A stretch of 64,000 bases of DNA from the human T2T-CHM13v2.0 reference genome, Homo sapiens: the NCBI RefSeq assembly GCF_009914755.1, contig NC_060926.1; one strand, 5' to 3'. Shown one piece after another: positions 45,834 to 60,330 of the stretch (positions are counted from its first letter, which is position 1; each line of letters opens with the position of its first letter). Under the pieces are notes generated by a model. The model saw nothing but the letters and a program-made list of their open reading frames with translations. It was not told where the DNA came from and made no database searches. The position numbers and the translations under genes are program-made.

Positions 45834-46495
45834 TAGTTCTATGCTGGGCTATGTTGGAGCTTGAAGCAAAAGGAAGTATCAGTGATATGGTTTGGATCAG
45901 TGTCCCCACCCAAATCTCATGTTCAATTGTAATCCCAAGTGTTGGAGGTGGGGCCTGGTGGGAGGTGATTTGGTCATGGGGGCGGAGTTCTCATGAATGG
46001 GTTAGCACCGTCCCCTCACTGCCGTTCTCATGACAGTGAGTGGGTGAGTTATGAGATCTGGTTGTTTAAAAGTGTATAGCACCTCCCCTCTCTTTTCCTC
46101 CTGCACTCGTCCTGTGAAGTGCGTCGCTCTCCCTTCACCTTCCGCCATGACTGAAAGTTCCCTGAGGCCTCCCAAGAAGTTGAACAGAGGCCAGCCTCAT
46201 GCTTCCTGTACAGCCCACAGAACTGTGAGCCAATTAAACCTCTTTTCTTTATAAATTATCGTCTCAAGTATTTCTTTATAGCAATGTGAGAATAGACAAG
46301 TACAATGAGTAATACTAATCCTTTGTTTAAAATGTTAATATTTTGTTCATCATAGATTTTTTTACAGTAATTTTGACTTTAAAAAATTATTACATTGAAA
46401 TATTATTTATCTTGATTACTAAAATTTTTGGTGTCCCCTTAAAATTTTTTACCTTGCGGCAATTGCACACTCACTTTACTATAGTCCCAGACTGG
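45834..46495. mobile_element. MER96B-like hAT-Tip100 element split by an MST LTR
   Basis: GCTATGTTGGAGCTTGAAGCAAAAGGAAGTATCAG | TAATACTAATCC...ATATTTTGTTCATCAT...TATTATTTATCTTGATTAC...TAGTCCC. Confidence 0.7.
45883..46304 (+). mobile_element. MSTA/MSTB-like solo LTR
   Basis: TGATATGGTTTGGATCAGTGTCCCCACCCAAATCTCATG...CAATTAAACCTCTTTTC...AGTACA; TSD atcag/atgag. Confidence 0.92.
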
Positions 46496-46538
46496 CACTG
46501 CACTTTTGTAAATCATCCCTTTATAAAACCCTCCTGTC

Positions 46539-46613
46539 CTGTGAGCTATGATCACACCACTGCACTCCAGGCTTGGCAACAAAGCGAGACCTCACCTCTA
46601 AAAAAACTAAACA
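46539..46613 (+). mobile_element. Heavily 5'-truncated old Alu
   Basis: GTGAGCTATGATCACACCACTGCACTCCAG plus A tail; TSD AAAAC(C/G)CTCCT. Confidence 0.8.
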
Positions 46614-46687
46614 AAAACGCTCCTCTCTGAGCAAGCAATTTGTTTACTGATAGGACTCTGATAGATATAAATGTCTTCTCTCAAAAG

Positions 46688-47026
46688 CATAGATTGTAAA
46701 TCATTGGCCCTTAGGCAATATTTTATCAAGAGACATAATTTATTTGGGCTGTACAGTTTTGAAATTTAGTTGATCACTTTTAAAAGTCAGAGACCTTCAT
46801 ATAAAAATCTAGATTTCTGGTTTCTCTTGAAAAAAGAAAAAATCAGACAACATGGCAACACAGATTCCTTTCCTGCATGGCAACAACTGGCAGGAGCTGA
46901 GTAGCAGCTTCTTTGGCCTAAGCATGTCTCTCCAAATGGACATAGTCCCCACCACTCCCTATTACCTCCCCACAACACTGAGACTTACTGTTAGTCAACA
47001 TTTTTTTTTTAATCACAGTGGTGCTG

Positions 47027-47064
<38 letters not shown>

Positions 47065-47118
47065 GCCTGGCGTGCTTGCCTAGCTGACTCCTATAGGCTG
47101 CTGAGTTTGAGACACTTG
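46688..47118. mobile_element. MER102-like hAT-Charlie element
   Basis: ATAAAAATCTAGATTTCTGGTTTCTCTTGAAAAA...ATGGCAACAACTGGCAGGAGCTGAGTAGCAGC. Confidence 0.65.
47028..47063. repeat. (TTA)n microsatellite
   Basis: About 12 TTA units. Confidence 0.95.
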
Positions 47119-48890
47119 CTCTAGTTCTTTGCTGTTATTAGGACTCCACTCCCAACCTCTGCAACTTCCAGCTCAAGTTCTACCTTCCCAGGATGATGAA
47201 TCAGATTGGCTCAACTTGAGGCAGATATCCATTTCAGCACCAAGCAACAAACCCAGGGGCCAGGATCTTGTGTGAGCACCTGCTAGGGGCCCACCCTTGA
47301 TAGTGGAGAGTGGGGATTCCAGAAGAGAGGAACTGTATCTGTAGGACATAGGAGAGGGACCTACCACACTGCAGTGCTGGCTCTTGAACCAAAGTGTAAA
47401 AGTGTATTTAATCTTGAATTGTTCAGAGTAAATACCAGATAATGTCCCATTCAGCAGATTCTGCAGATTAAATGCTTCCAAGTGCAAAAATGGTAAAAAT
47501 GAATGCAATTTAAAATGTATTCTTTCTGTAAGCAACATCTGTAAGAAGGGAGTAGGGATGTATTCACAAGCCACAGTCTGGTCCTCGAAAAGTCCATGTA
47601 AGACAGATCTATTGTGGTCTAGTTTGAAGCTGATGGTCTAATATGGCTCTTGCACATCTGCCATACCCAGGCTAAAGATGGTCAGTGTGTGGACCCATGA
47701 ATCTATCTCTTGCCTGGCTCATTGCGGACATTGCTAATATGCTGCAGAACTCCTTACTACTAAGCTTCAGGATCCTTCTCAACACAGTTTTCCAGGCCAC
47801 CAGTACTGAGCAGGTGGCACATGAAATGAAACCCATTTGCCACCCCTGCCTGAGAGGCTTCTGGGGTGACTTATCATGGAGCTTCCTTGAGCTACTGGAG
47901 CCAGCATTTTATTGCATATGTGAAAATTGGGATGGAGACTGTTTTGCTGAGCAGATTAGAAGCAGCTCCCCCTCAAGTCCTCAAGATAACTCCCCCACTG
48001 TGATCTTGTTACAAACCCAAGGGGCCTGCTCTAAATCCTTTCCCCTGAGACGCCTCAATCGGACACAGGATGACTTCTTGTTTAGTTCTAAGGCAGGGAA
48101 GCGATCTCTTGGGCCAGAGTTGGGAAGGCATGCGAACAACCACAGGCCTCTGGAGTCAGATGGCCCCTAAGGGGACTTTTCAGAGGGTCCAGAAAGCAGT
48201 TATTCCTGAGTCCTGAGCAGGGGCCAGCCAAGGAAACACCATCGGCAAAGGCTGTTTTCTTCATTCCCAGTTCCCCAGGCCTCCATCCACGGCAGCGCAG
48301 TGGCTGACTGACCTGGCAGGCTTCCAGACACCAATATTGCAAAACTGGTTATAAAGCCAAGCCTGATCTCTTTATGCCTTCCCTCCTCTCGACTCCCTGC
48401 TTCCTGATAGTTTAGTAAATAATCAAATTTAGATGGATTTTGTTTGAATGAGGAACCTCAGAATTAAACATTTGCTCCCCCTTAGGGCTTTCGTGTGGGA
48501 AGATGTCCTATTATTTAGGGGTCGCCTCTTGACTTCATCAATTCCCTCTCATGTCAGCTGCTCCATACCCTCTGCTTTGAGAAAGAGCCTGGAACAGACA
48601 TGAGGAGACCTGAGCTGCCTCTACCAGGCTGGGTGCCCTGTGCAAGCCCCTGGCCTCTCCAGCACTCAGGCATCTCATCTTTAAAATGGAGGGGTGCAGA
48701 TTGCTGGTGACTAAGTTCCCTTTCAGCTCTCAAAGTTATTCTAAGCTCTGACCCTCTCCATCACTTAAATGTAACGATGAACAATACTGAGACTTCTTGT
48801 GTGCTTGGAAGGGCACTAGGAGTTTTACATACATTCTTTCACTTAGTTCTTACAGAAAAAAAATGAACCAGTTACTTCACGTTATGCCCA

Positions 48891-49345
48891 TGTATCAGGT
48901 AGTATTTGGTGCAGCTGCTTACACAGAATGCCCTGAACAATATTAGCTTAGATAAGATAGAAGGGTTTTTTTTTTCTCCCCAACTGGAGGCTTTTTATTT
49001 AAAAAGAAAAAAAAAATAGAGTTTTTCTCCTATGTGAAAAACAAAACGTCTGGAGGTGGGCCCGGCCACTGTTGTTTCGGTGGCTCCACAGTGTCATCAA
49101 GACGCCTACCTTTCTCCGTCACCATTCTTGGCATGTAACTTCAAGGTTACTTCTTGGTCCAAGATAGCAGCAGTAGCTGCAGTCATCACATCTCTGTTTC
49201 AGGTAGCAGAAAGCAGGAAGGGATAGTAAAAGGGTCATCTTCTTTTGCTCGTAGAAATCTCAATACTTCTGCTTACATTTCATTGGTCAGAACTCACATG
49301 TTACGTATTCATATCTAGCTGCAAAGAGAGGCTGGGAAATGCAGT
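48891..49345. mobile_element. MLT1-like LTR inside a MIR
   Basis: ATGTATCAGG...TGGTCCAAGATAGC...CATTGGTCAGAACT...CTAGCTGCAAAGAGAGGCTGGGAAATGCAGTCTT. Confidence 0.6.
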
Positions 49346-49504
49346 CTTATTGTTTCCCAGTCACAATGTAACACAGGTAAATATTTGAGTTCTGTCATAA
49401 GACAAAAAATGAGAGTATATATTAGAGTAGATACCACCAGTTTCTTCACATTACCTTTGACCAATGAGGAAGCAGGGTACACAGAGTTTAAAAAACTAGC
49501 CCTT

Positions 49505-49906
49505 TACTTTTATTTATTTTTTATTTCAACAGCTTTTGGGGAACAGGTGGTTTTGGGTAACATGGCTAAGTTCTTTAGTGGTGATTTCTGAGATTTTGGT
49601 GCACTCATCACCCAAGCAGTGTACACTGTACCCAATATGTAGTCTTTTAATCACTCACTCCCCTCCCCCCACCCTGAGTCCCTGAAGTCCATTGTATCAT
49701 TCTTTTGCCTTTGCATCCTCATAGCTTAGCTCCCACTTAGAAATGAGAACATATGATATTTGGTTTTCCATTCCTCAGTTACTTCACTTAGAATAATGGT
49801 CTCCAGCTCCATCCAGGTTGCAGCAAATGCCATTATTTGGTTCTGTTTTATGGCTGAGTAGTATTCCATGGTGTATGTATACCACATTTTCTTTATCCAC
49901 TCACTG
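49505..49906 (-). mobile_element. L1PB 3' end
   Basis: TTTTGGGGAACAGGTGG...AAGTTCTTTAGTGGTGATTTCTGAGATTTTGGTGCAC. Confidence 0.9.
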
Positions 49907-50619
49907 ACAGCCAGCCTTTTAGAGATATGCTTGGTGGCTGAGGCAGGTGTGGCCCCGGGCAGCCTGCATCCAGAGCCTGTGCTCTTACATGTTGTGCCAT
50001 TTGTCCTCCCTGGCGTTCCCTTGCTGCTGCTTTTCCCTTCTTATCAGAAGCTTCATGCAGTCTCCTTGGCTCTAAATTTAGTTCTCCCTCTCTATCAGGA
50101 AAGCCTTATTGAGGCTTCATGTTCAACCACCTCCAAAAGGCAGGAAAATTGGGCAGGACTACGAGCCCACAGTGTGACTGACCTTCAGCCAGGGTCCTCC
50201 TGTCACCTGCGGAAGGTACAGTACACCTGTGGAGTCTCCTCTGGCCCCCAGGCTCAGTCCTCATTCCAGATATCCTTGGTCCCTCCCCAGTTCCTCATCC
50301 CTTAGTTCCCTCCATGGTGTTCCCAAAAACTGCACAGTGCTCTCAATTCTGGTCCTGGCCACATCCTGGAATAAATTGTTGCCTCTCTTCTTGAGGTGTT
50401 CTTATTTGAGAAGATGAAGGGATAATTTTTCTGACTAAAATTTTAGGTGGCAGGGTTTCCCCCGCTTTTTGTAAGTTGAGAATGCTTCTCAAATTAAGCC
50501 CTTAAAATCACATTACAAAGGACTCCTAGTCAGGTTGGTTTGTCATTAACGCTACTGCCAGGAGCTGTCTCTTCCTGTCAATTCAGTGTGGTCTAAGAGC
50601 TAGACACGCAGAATGTGTT

Positions 50620-50785
50620 AGGGAACTGGCAGCATCTGCATTACCTGGGAGTTACTAGGAATGTAGGATCTCAGCACCCCACACCGGGCTCCCTCCCTCC
50701 CACCTCCTCCTGGACCTACTGAACCAGAATCTGCAGTTTAACAGGGTCCCCAGGTGATTTTTATATACATCACAGGCTTGCAAAA
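50620..50785. mobile_element. MER5A-like fragment
   Basis: GCAGCATCTGCATTACCTGGGAG...GACCTACTGAACCAGAATCTGCAGTTTAACAGG..CCCAGGTGATT. Confidence 0.75.
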
Positions 50786-51504
50786 TACCCAGAAAATCTA
50801 GGCGGTTGGATTTCTAATGAGTCATTATGAACTAAAAAAATTCACCTAAGAGTATGCATATTAAATTCATTGTTTGTTTTAGAAGAAACTGAATTGAGAA
50901 AAAGAGAGCAAATAAAAATTAGGTACTGAAATTTAAAAATTGCTGTTTATGGTACAGCCTTGGTCCTCATGATCTTTCCAGTGTATTATGCAAATGTCAG
51001 CAGTTCATTGACTGATTGATATATTAGGATGCAGAACCAGAAGAGAGTAGATAGAAATTCTCATGCTTACATTTCACCTTAAGATTCCCTTGTAAAATTA
51101 CTCAAATCAGTGCACTTAAGTCTCCAAATGGCTTTTGCAAACCAGATAAGCTTGGCATTTGGGGTTCACGTAATTGGCCAGTTTTGCTAGGAGACTTCCA
51201 AAAGCACCGTTGTCTAAACAACTATTTTAGTTTAAGGATACAATCTAGATTTAAAAGCCAACATGTGACTCACTTTAAGATTGTTAAAAGCTCAGAGGAC
51301 AGAGCTGTTGTACTTGCGATCTTGTTATTTTTGTATCCTATCATGGATTTCAGACACCTGAGAGAACAACAGAGCTATTTATTTCTATGAGCCCAGGCTT
51401 AAATTGTGGAGAGCCTCAGAGAATTTCATTTGACACTTTAAAAATACTTCCCCCACCCCAGATCCTTCATGAACTGAGAGGCTCATACAGAGGTTTTATA
51501 CTTA

Positions 51505-51700
51505 GGCAGGCAGCAGGATGTAGTGGTTAAAAGCATGGGCTGTAGAATCTGACCATCTGGGTTTAAACCCAACTTTTATCAACTCTGCAAGGTGGGGAAA
51601 ATAACCTACCGTCTCTAGGGCTGTCGTGATAATTGAGTGAATAAAGATTCACCCAGGTGGTGGCTGCCCTGTCGTAAGCACTGTGTAAGCATTTGCTGTT
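51505..51700 (+). mobile_element. MIR
   Basis: GCAGCAGGATGTAGTGGTTAAAAGCATGGGCTGTAGAATCTGACCATCTGGGTTTAAACCC. Confidence 0.7.
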
Positions 51701-54700
51701 ACTACATCTTCCTACAATACCTAAATGTCTGGCTCCCTCTTTTATTTTGTACATGAGGACATGGAGAAGGAGAGTTTCAAGGTCTGTCTGCTGCCTGGCC
51801 TGGCGGGGATCCTTCCTTGCCAGCACCCCCTGTTCTCCCAGGGCAGCTCTGTGCTGAGTCAGCACCTACCCAGCAGCTGTGTGGGAATTCTTTCCCTACC
51901 ACTCCATTTCACACAAATGTCCTTGGGTCCCCAGGTAGGGCCAATGACAAGAACAGAATCTGAGGTTGATTCAGGTCCTGTTTGAACATTGACATCCCTC
52001 CTCCCCCTCTGCTTACCTGGAGCTATTTTCACCTTTTCACCCTGGGTGGGTGGTGTATTGTCTGGGATGTTGCTGGAAACCCAGCTGGTCTGTGACGTCT
52101 GAGAGACAAGGACGGCTACCTCAGCTGTCATTAACAGAAGAACACTTCTAATTGACTAGATTCAAAACTACTCCTTCCCCAGGGTTTTGATAATTCCTCC
52201 CACCAATTATAGCACTTTACTCAGATTAACTAATTAATCCTCACCATATACCCCAGAGACAAAATTAAAGATAATTCTTTCATAACTGTAAAGCACCTTT
52301 TATCTAAGGATTACTAACACTGATGCATTTGTCTCCCATGACAACATCACAAGTTTCAGAGATGACAAGGAAAATCTTCATTACCATTTCAAGAACTGGG
52401 AACAAAGAAAAATCCCGTTCCAGGACACAGAGGAGGAGATGCGGGTAGCTGAACAGAAACTTTTGAAGATTACCATGGGAATACACCTGTGAACTTCGAG
52501 GTGGGGCTATGTCTGCATCGGGTCAGTTTTCTTTATGTTGTTTACAATTTCCAGGGATCATGTCCACGATAAAGAACAAGAGCTGGTTCACAGGCTACTG
52601 AAACATGCCTGACTTCCTAAAGAACCTTCTGTTTTCTACTTGCCCACTCGTCTCCATCACGCTGTTGCCCTGTTGTCTCTATTTGCCAAAGTTCTGTTTG
52701 TGATCTAGATGAAATGAAGCTGATAGCCAAAAGCTACAGGAAGGAGAGAACCTGAAAAAGACATTATAAACTGAGAATCCTTAAAGAGGAGAGTGGGAGA
52801 GGCAGGGTGGAGAATGGGAGAGAGGAAGGGAAAGAAGTCAGTCTGTCAAAGTTCTGGAATCCTCATTTGGGGTAAACGAAGGGAAAAGAGGGGTCTGCGC
52901 TCTGTGGCCCAATATTAGGTTTGCTATGATTTCTTTGTAATTCCCTTGGCAGCAGATTAATTTTACTTGACTTGGCAGCATAGGCAACTGCTACTGAGCT
53001 GCAGCCGAGGCTGGGAACTATATCATTGTGCATTATACCATGGGTGCTTCATAAAGGGGGATCTCAAAAACACTCAGGGAGGCACAAATGGTCATTTTGG
53101 ATACACTTCTCTCATTTGGCCAAGCAGTTGCATTTGTTCTAAGATTATTAGTGCAAACAACATGGCTGGGTGCTGGTAGTGATTTGCTGGTTTCTCTTCA
53201 TGGCTGACAGCTATGACTGGAGCTCAGCACCCTGGACCTTCAGGATCTGGTGCTGGTGAGTTTGCTGCAGCCAACAAGCAGCTTGACAGGAGCTTTCTCC
53301 AGGCCTCTTGGGAATAGGAGTGTTAGAAGGAAAAGCTCTTGATCAACTTCAAATTAAAGAAAGAGAAGTGAACAAATAAGTAAAAATAAACTTTACACTT
53401 TCTAGGGATTTAAAATGGGATCGTAGGTCCATGATCTCATTTGAGCCTCATGACAAGCAGATGAGGCTGCACAGTGAATGAACGCCTCTTATTTTGCCAG
53501 CCCAGTATCCCTTTCTTTTGGATACTGACTTTTCCCCCATTGTGTTCTGGTGGGGCTGCCAGTCACAGGACAGTCCCACCTCTCGGATCCCTTCCCTCCC
53601 TGACCCGTAACGTTGGGCATATGGCTCCGGCTAGGCCACTGAATTCTTTTTGCTGGGGATTAGAATCTTAAGGAGAGATGCCCTGGGAGAGAAAGATGTT
53701 GGAGTTGTGTATAGAGAATGTTCAGCTCTTCCTTCCATTCTGTGAGTTATTTTAGTTTCCTTCCAGTAAAATTGCCTGAGTTCATATGGGCTCCTGTCTA
53801 CCAAAGAAACCCAAATTATAAACACCCCTTAGTTTCCAATTGCCAGGTGTTAAGCCCAGGTCCTCTTATCCCAAGTCAGTGACTCTTCATGATACTAGGT
53901 AAATGCAAAGTCGCATGGGAAATTTAAGGAAGGAAAGAGAGAGAACTGAGAAGTTGAGCAATGCTAGCAGTGAAGCTTTTTTTTTTTTTTTAAAGAAGCC
54001 AAACATCTTTCCCAATGGCGTCATGTCAGGATTCATCCCTGGGAATGCAATTCATTTTTAATGGCAGTTGTGTGAGTTGGCATGTACCCAAGTTCGCCCA
54101 CAGCCGACATGGTCAGGCCAAGCCTCTTTTTAGTTTTATTCTTGTTATGCTTTCGTAGGATGTGTGTTTGCTGGTAGGCTGATTCTTAAGTATATTTACC
54201 TACAAGTGTGTCTTTGTGTTTTCTCGACTCTGTTGATTTGGCAAACAATCAAAAGTAGCTGGTGCAGTTCAGATGGAGAGGGAGGGAGGTTGGTGGGTGT
54301 GGTTAGCAAAAATTTAGCAGCAGGTAATATTTTGGCAGGCAGGAGAAATCTTTTCAGGTAGCATATATGCTAACACATATGACTTTGCTTTTTACTGGTT
54401 CATATCAAATAAATTTCCAGATTCTGTGCTTATGAATATACATGAATTCTATGTTAAAGGCACAAGGCTCTCTCTCCCTTTTGAGGCTGTTCTGGTACTT
54501 TCTGCAGTGGCATGAAATTAAGTGTGGAAGATCTCTTTTGTGAGAGGGTTCTTTTCTAGGTAAAACTAAGAGGTACCAAACTGCTGAACTATTAGCCTAT
54601 TTAGATCATTTCCAGCCGAGGACTTACATCCTAAAGGAAGTCAGAGGTAATCTTAAGGCTTTTGGAATTTCTCATACATGATGGTTGAATGATTGAGTGA

Positions 54701-54790
54701 ATGAATAAATGGGATAAAGAGTGAGAGGAAGTCTAAAAGCCTAGAATGCTGGAACTAAAAGGGAACCTGGTGGTCACCCAATACAACCCT

Positions 54791-55334
54791 GCACTAGTTA
54801 TTCATAGCTGCATAACAGGTCACTTCAAATTTCAGTAGCTCAAAACAACAATAATCATTTACTATTTCTCTCATGGTTTCTTTGGGTCAGGAGTTCAGAG
54901 CAACTTGGCTGGATAGTCCTGTGTCGGGGACTCTTATATGGTTGCAGTCATATGTCAGCTGGGCTGCGGTCATCTGAAGGCTTGACTGGGGCTGGGAGCT
55001 CTGATTCCCAGGTGGTTCACTCATATAGCTGACCAGTTGGCATGGGCTGTTGGTGGGAAGTTTCAGCTCCTCTCCATGTGGGCCTCTTCATAGGGCCTCT
55101 TCATAGAGCTGCGAGTGTCCTTCAGTGTGGCAGACAGCTTTCCCTTGGGCAAGTGATGCAAGAGAACAAGCCAGAAGCTGCAATGTCTTTTATGACCCGG
55201 TGTTGGATGTCACATACCATCACTTAAGCAGCCTTCTATTGTTCAGGCAGCCCTGGTATGATGCGGGAGGGAACTACACAGGGTGCGAACACCAAGCCAG
55301 GATCACCAGGACTATCTTGGAGGCTGACTACCAC
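54791..55334 (-). mobile_element. MLT1F/G/H-like MaLR LTR
   Basis: GCTGCATAACA...GGGTCAGGAGTTC...GTCATCTGAAGGCTTGACTGGGGCTGG...CTTGGAGGCTGACTACCAC. Confidence 0.8.
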
Positions 55335-55344
55335 GATCCCTTCT

Positions 55345-55860
55345 CTTTCTTTTTCTTCCAGTTTTATTGAGGTATAATTAACAAACAAAATTGTGTCTAT
55401 TTAAGGTGTACAATGTGATGACTTGATAAGTGTATATATTTTGAAATATATATTTTGAAATGATTACTACAGTCAAGTTAGTTAGCACATCTATCATTCA
55501 CATAGTTATTATTTTTGCGTGCGTGGTGAGAACATTTAAGAGCAACTCTCTTAGCAAATTTCAAGTATACAATACAATATTATTAATTATAGTCACAATG
55601 CTGTACATGAGATCCCCAGAACATATTCATCTTATAACTGATAGTTTGTACCTTTTGACCAACATGTCCCCATTCCCCCTACCTTCTATGAGTTCTCCGT
55701 GAGTTTGACTCTTTTAGATTATAAATATAAATGAGATCATGCAATATTTGTCTTTCTCTGACTTATTTCACTTAGCATAATGCCTTCCATCTCATCCACG
55801 TTGTTACAAATGATAGGATTTCCTTCTTTTTTATGGCAGAATAATGTTTTCATGACATAA
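55345..55860 (-). mobile_element. L1MA 3' end
   Basis: TTTTATTGAGGTATAATT...TTTAAGGTGTACAATGTGATG...CTCTCTTAGCAAATTTCAAGTATACAATAC. Confidence 0.85.
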
Positions 55861-56256
55861 GTATATCATGGAACATAATATTTTAAGACAGATAAAAAGG
55901 ATAAAGAGATAAAATAGACACATATATACTCACCACCCTGTTCAAGAAATAAAAGAGTATCAATTCTGTTGACACCCCCCCCCCCAACACTCCATATACC
56001 TGCCCTGATTGCATCTCCCTCTTCCTCCATCCCTTTATCCTTAGGAAAATTCATGTTCTGAATTTTGTGTTTAGGCTGCTATGCATTCTTTTATACTTCC
56101 ACTACAAGTTTATGTATCTCTAAATATATGTGGTGTTGTTTGGCATATTTTGAAACTTTCTGTATGGCATCATCCTGTATGATTCTTTTGCAACCTACTG
56201 TTTTTATTCAGAACTATATCTGTGATATCCATCTATGCTAATCTGTATAGCTCTAA

Positions 56257-56427
<171 letters not shown>

Positions 56428-56438
56428 TAATGACTATA

Positions 56439-56661
56439 CAAGTGGTCCCCAACTTACAGTGGTTTGACTTAGGATATTTTAATTCAGGATGGTATGAAGG
56501 CAAAATATACATTCATTATGCTCCTCGACTTACGATGAAGTTACATCTAGTCAAACCCATCACAAATTGAGAATATCGTAAGTTGAAAATGCACTCTTAT
56601 ATTTTCAACCCAGTAATGGGTTTATCAAGATGTAATCCCATCATAAGTTGAGAAGCATCTG
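56439..56661. mobile_element. Tigger4a/MER46-like element
   Basis: TA|CAAGTGGTCCCCAACTTAC...CATAAGTTGAGAAGCATCTG|TA with TA TSD. Confidence 0.8.
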
Positions 56662-58438
56662 TATAGTATTTCATTGTATGAACAAATAATTTGTTTATCC
56701 ATTCTCCAGCTGATGGACATTCAGGTTGCATATAATTGTTGTTGCAATTACACACAATAATTACTATAAGTGTTCTTTCTTGTAAGCTCTCCTTGTACCC
56801 TGGTACAAGAGTTTTTCTAGGGTATAGGTCTAAATGTGGAATGGATGGATCATATGATATGCACAGCTTCAGTTTTACTCAGTCGTGTCAGTTTGTTTTC
56901 CAAAATGGTTGCACTCATTTATACAACTACCAGTAGTGATGGAATTCCATTGCTCTTGATTCTAGTAATGTAAACTAAAAATTTCATGCAAAGCTGATGG
57001 ATATGAAATGGTATCTATTTATGGTTTTAATTTGCTTTTCCCTATTAATGAGGCTCAGCATTTTTTTCTCTCACATTTGGCCATTTGGGTTTCTTCTTCT
57101 GAGCAATTTTTGTTTATATATTTTGCAAATTTTTCTATTACAAATTTTTTTCTTATTCTTTTGAAAGAATTATTCATAGATCCCGGATACTACTTTTTGT
57201 CAGTTATATATGTTACCAACATTTTTTCCTGTTTGATGCTTGTCCTTTTTACTTTTTTGTTGTCTTTGTTGAGTAGAATTTTAAAGTTAATGCAATTAAA
57301 TATATCAGTCTTTTCCTTTAGGGGTTGCTTACTATGGCAGAGACTACTGGTGTCCAGTCAAATTCACCCCTTCTTTCTTTTATAGTAGAGTGAAGCGGAC
57401 TGTGCCTGTGGAGTACAACTGGAAGTAATGCGTGCAAAGTCTACCTCACTTGTATCAAAGGAAATCTGTTTCTAAATGTCCACTCTTTCTCCCTGCAGTG
57501 GCCTGAAATGGCAGCAACCAGAGAGCCTGGGAAACCTCACACTGAGGTGCTCAGAGCTGCCAGCCACCTGGATCTGCCACTACCTGCAACTGCTGGCCCG
57601 GAGGCCTTTGCTGAGCTGGGAGGGAGACGTAACTGCCTTTGTTTTTTCAGCTGATGAATTATGGGGTCTTTCAGTTATTGCAGCTTAGCCTACTGAGGTC
57701 ACAAAGATATTTTCTGTTTTCTTCCAAGAATTTGAAGTTTTGCTTCTTACATTTGGGTCTTTAATCTGCCTGGAGTTGATTCTCATTATGGTCAAAAATT
57801 ATACTTTTAAAAAATGGATTACCAACTGTTCCAGTACCCAATATTTTTCTTTTTTTCTCCCAGATGAATGAGGCCCATAGAGGTTAAGACACTTTATCAA
57901 GATCACACAGCTGGTTAGTGAATTATAGTTTGTATGGAGAGCTGGCATTTATAATATTCTTCCCCAAAGCCTTACAAAGCAGGAATTATCATTAGTATTT
58001 GATTTTACATAGAAGAAAACCAGTGCCATACTGACAAGGTAAGCAAGTCATCTCCATGCCCTGGCTCCTCCTGTTGTGCCCTTGTATTGTGTGACCATGC
58101 CATGGAGAGATAATTAAACTTAATCAAATCTAGTAAGTATTTATTAAGCACCTCCCATATGCAAAGCTCTGTGATAAGTGCTGCAGGCACCCCAAGGTGA
58201 GTAAGGCACAGGGACACAGCCACTGATCCAGGGACTTTACAATCTGGTCAGAAGTAAGGCAGAGTCACTTAGGAGTTTGAGAGAGAAAAAGGAGCTGTGG
58301 GGTTTGGGATGTGTGTGTGAGGACACGTTCTGCTCAGGGGATGAGGAAAGTCCTTGTGATATTTGAGAGCCCATCAGGCAGTCTGGGGGAAGAGTTTCCT
58401 AGGGGCAAGGAACTGTTTGAACAAAAGCACACAGGCTG

Positions 58439-58893
<455 letters not shown>

Positions 58894-59506
58894 CTATGAA
58901 AGAGCAGTAATAGCGACCAGGCATGTGGGCACCTCAGGTTACAGGGATTGCAGGTAAAAAACTTGGGGGAGTCAGTAAAATCATTTTTGCTTTAATCACC
59001 TTTTAAAATGTGAGTACGAAGTCTATATCACTGTATTTGGGTAGGGTTTTTGAACTTTATAGAAACTTATATGAAAAGCAATTCAGGAAGTTGCAAAAGA
59101 CATTATCATCTTAGGAGTCCTTTCCCAGAGCCACCATCACCTCTTGTGGAGCTGGCATTATATGTGTCCATTCACAGACCTTTAGAGACATGGCTACATC
59201 TCAAGCTTAGCATCAGTTCCTTCCAGCAGAATTTCATAGCTCTCTGAATTTCTCCACCATCTTGTGCTTATAAACTTTATAACTTGACTGGTACTCTTCA
59301 GAAAAAACCTTATTCATTGTTAGGTCCCCAAAGACTGTGTCCCCTGCCAGGCACAGAGCAGGTGCTCACACACATTTGGGGAATGAGTAGCAGATGTTGG
59401 GAGGGACTAAGGAATGAATTCCTCAATGCTGCATGTGGCGACTGCTGTGGAGCAGCTGTGCACAGGACAGGCAAGACAGGATGCCCATGTGACTGCCCTC
59501 TGCTGA

Positions 59507-59849
<343 letters not shown>

Positions 59850-59899
59850 GAGTTCCTGAAACTTGGCGTTAATTCAGATCCACACCCAGGTGATGTCAC

Positions 59900-60330
59900 A
59901 GAGACTTGGCCTATGCAACATAGAGATTTATTTCTCTTTCACGTTGAAGTCCAAGGCAGTCTGCGGCTTGGCTTGCTAGAGTTGTGAGAGACCTAGGCTT
60001 CTTGTACTCTGTGGCTTCACCATCCTGGGGGGTGTCGCCTTACCCACAAACTGCTCCATCACATCCACATTCTAGGCAAAAAGAAGGGGGAGAGGAGGAA
60101 GGGAAGGACATGATCCTTGTAGTAAGAGCACATCTTGGAGGTGCACATATCCCTTCTGCTCACACCCTGTTAGCCAGAACCTAGTTGTGTGGTTACGCCT
60201 CACTGCAAAGGAAGATGGGAGATGTGTAGTTTTGTTCTGGATGGCCAGTATCAAGTAAATGATCCAAGTTATGGATTATTCCACGGAAAGGGAGAATAGA
60301 TATCCATGAACAACTTGCCATTCCTACCAC
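59900..60330. mobile_element. MLT1-like LTR remnant
   Basis: ATTTATTTCTCTTTCAC...TTAGCCAGAACCTAGTTGTGTGG...CTGCAAAGGAAGATGGGAGATGTGTAGT. Confidence 0.55.

Larger units (their letters stand above)
45420..46668. mobile_element. Old ERVL LTR (LTR33-like) interrupted by MER96B, MST and an Alu fragment
   Basis: CTCTAGTAACCACTCC...TGGTAACAGCTC...resuming CACTTTTGTAAATCATCCCTTTATAAAAC. Confidence 0.45.

Noticed and set aside
47685-48170. 161-aa ORF in unique sequence
   Set aside because: GTG start, no domain-like composition, no splice support.
57845-57885. Strong splice-acceptor-like site (polypyrimidine + CAG)
   Set aside because: Sits at an old L1/antisense MIR junction; no transcript evidence or convincing exon chain.
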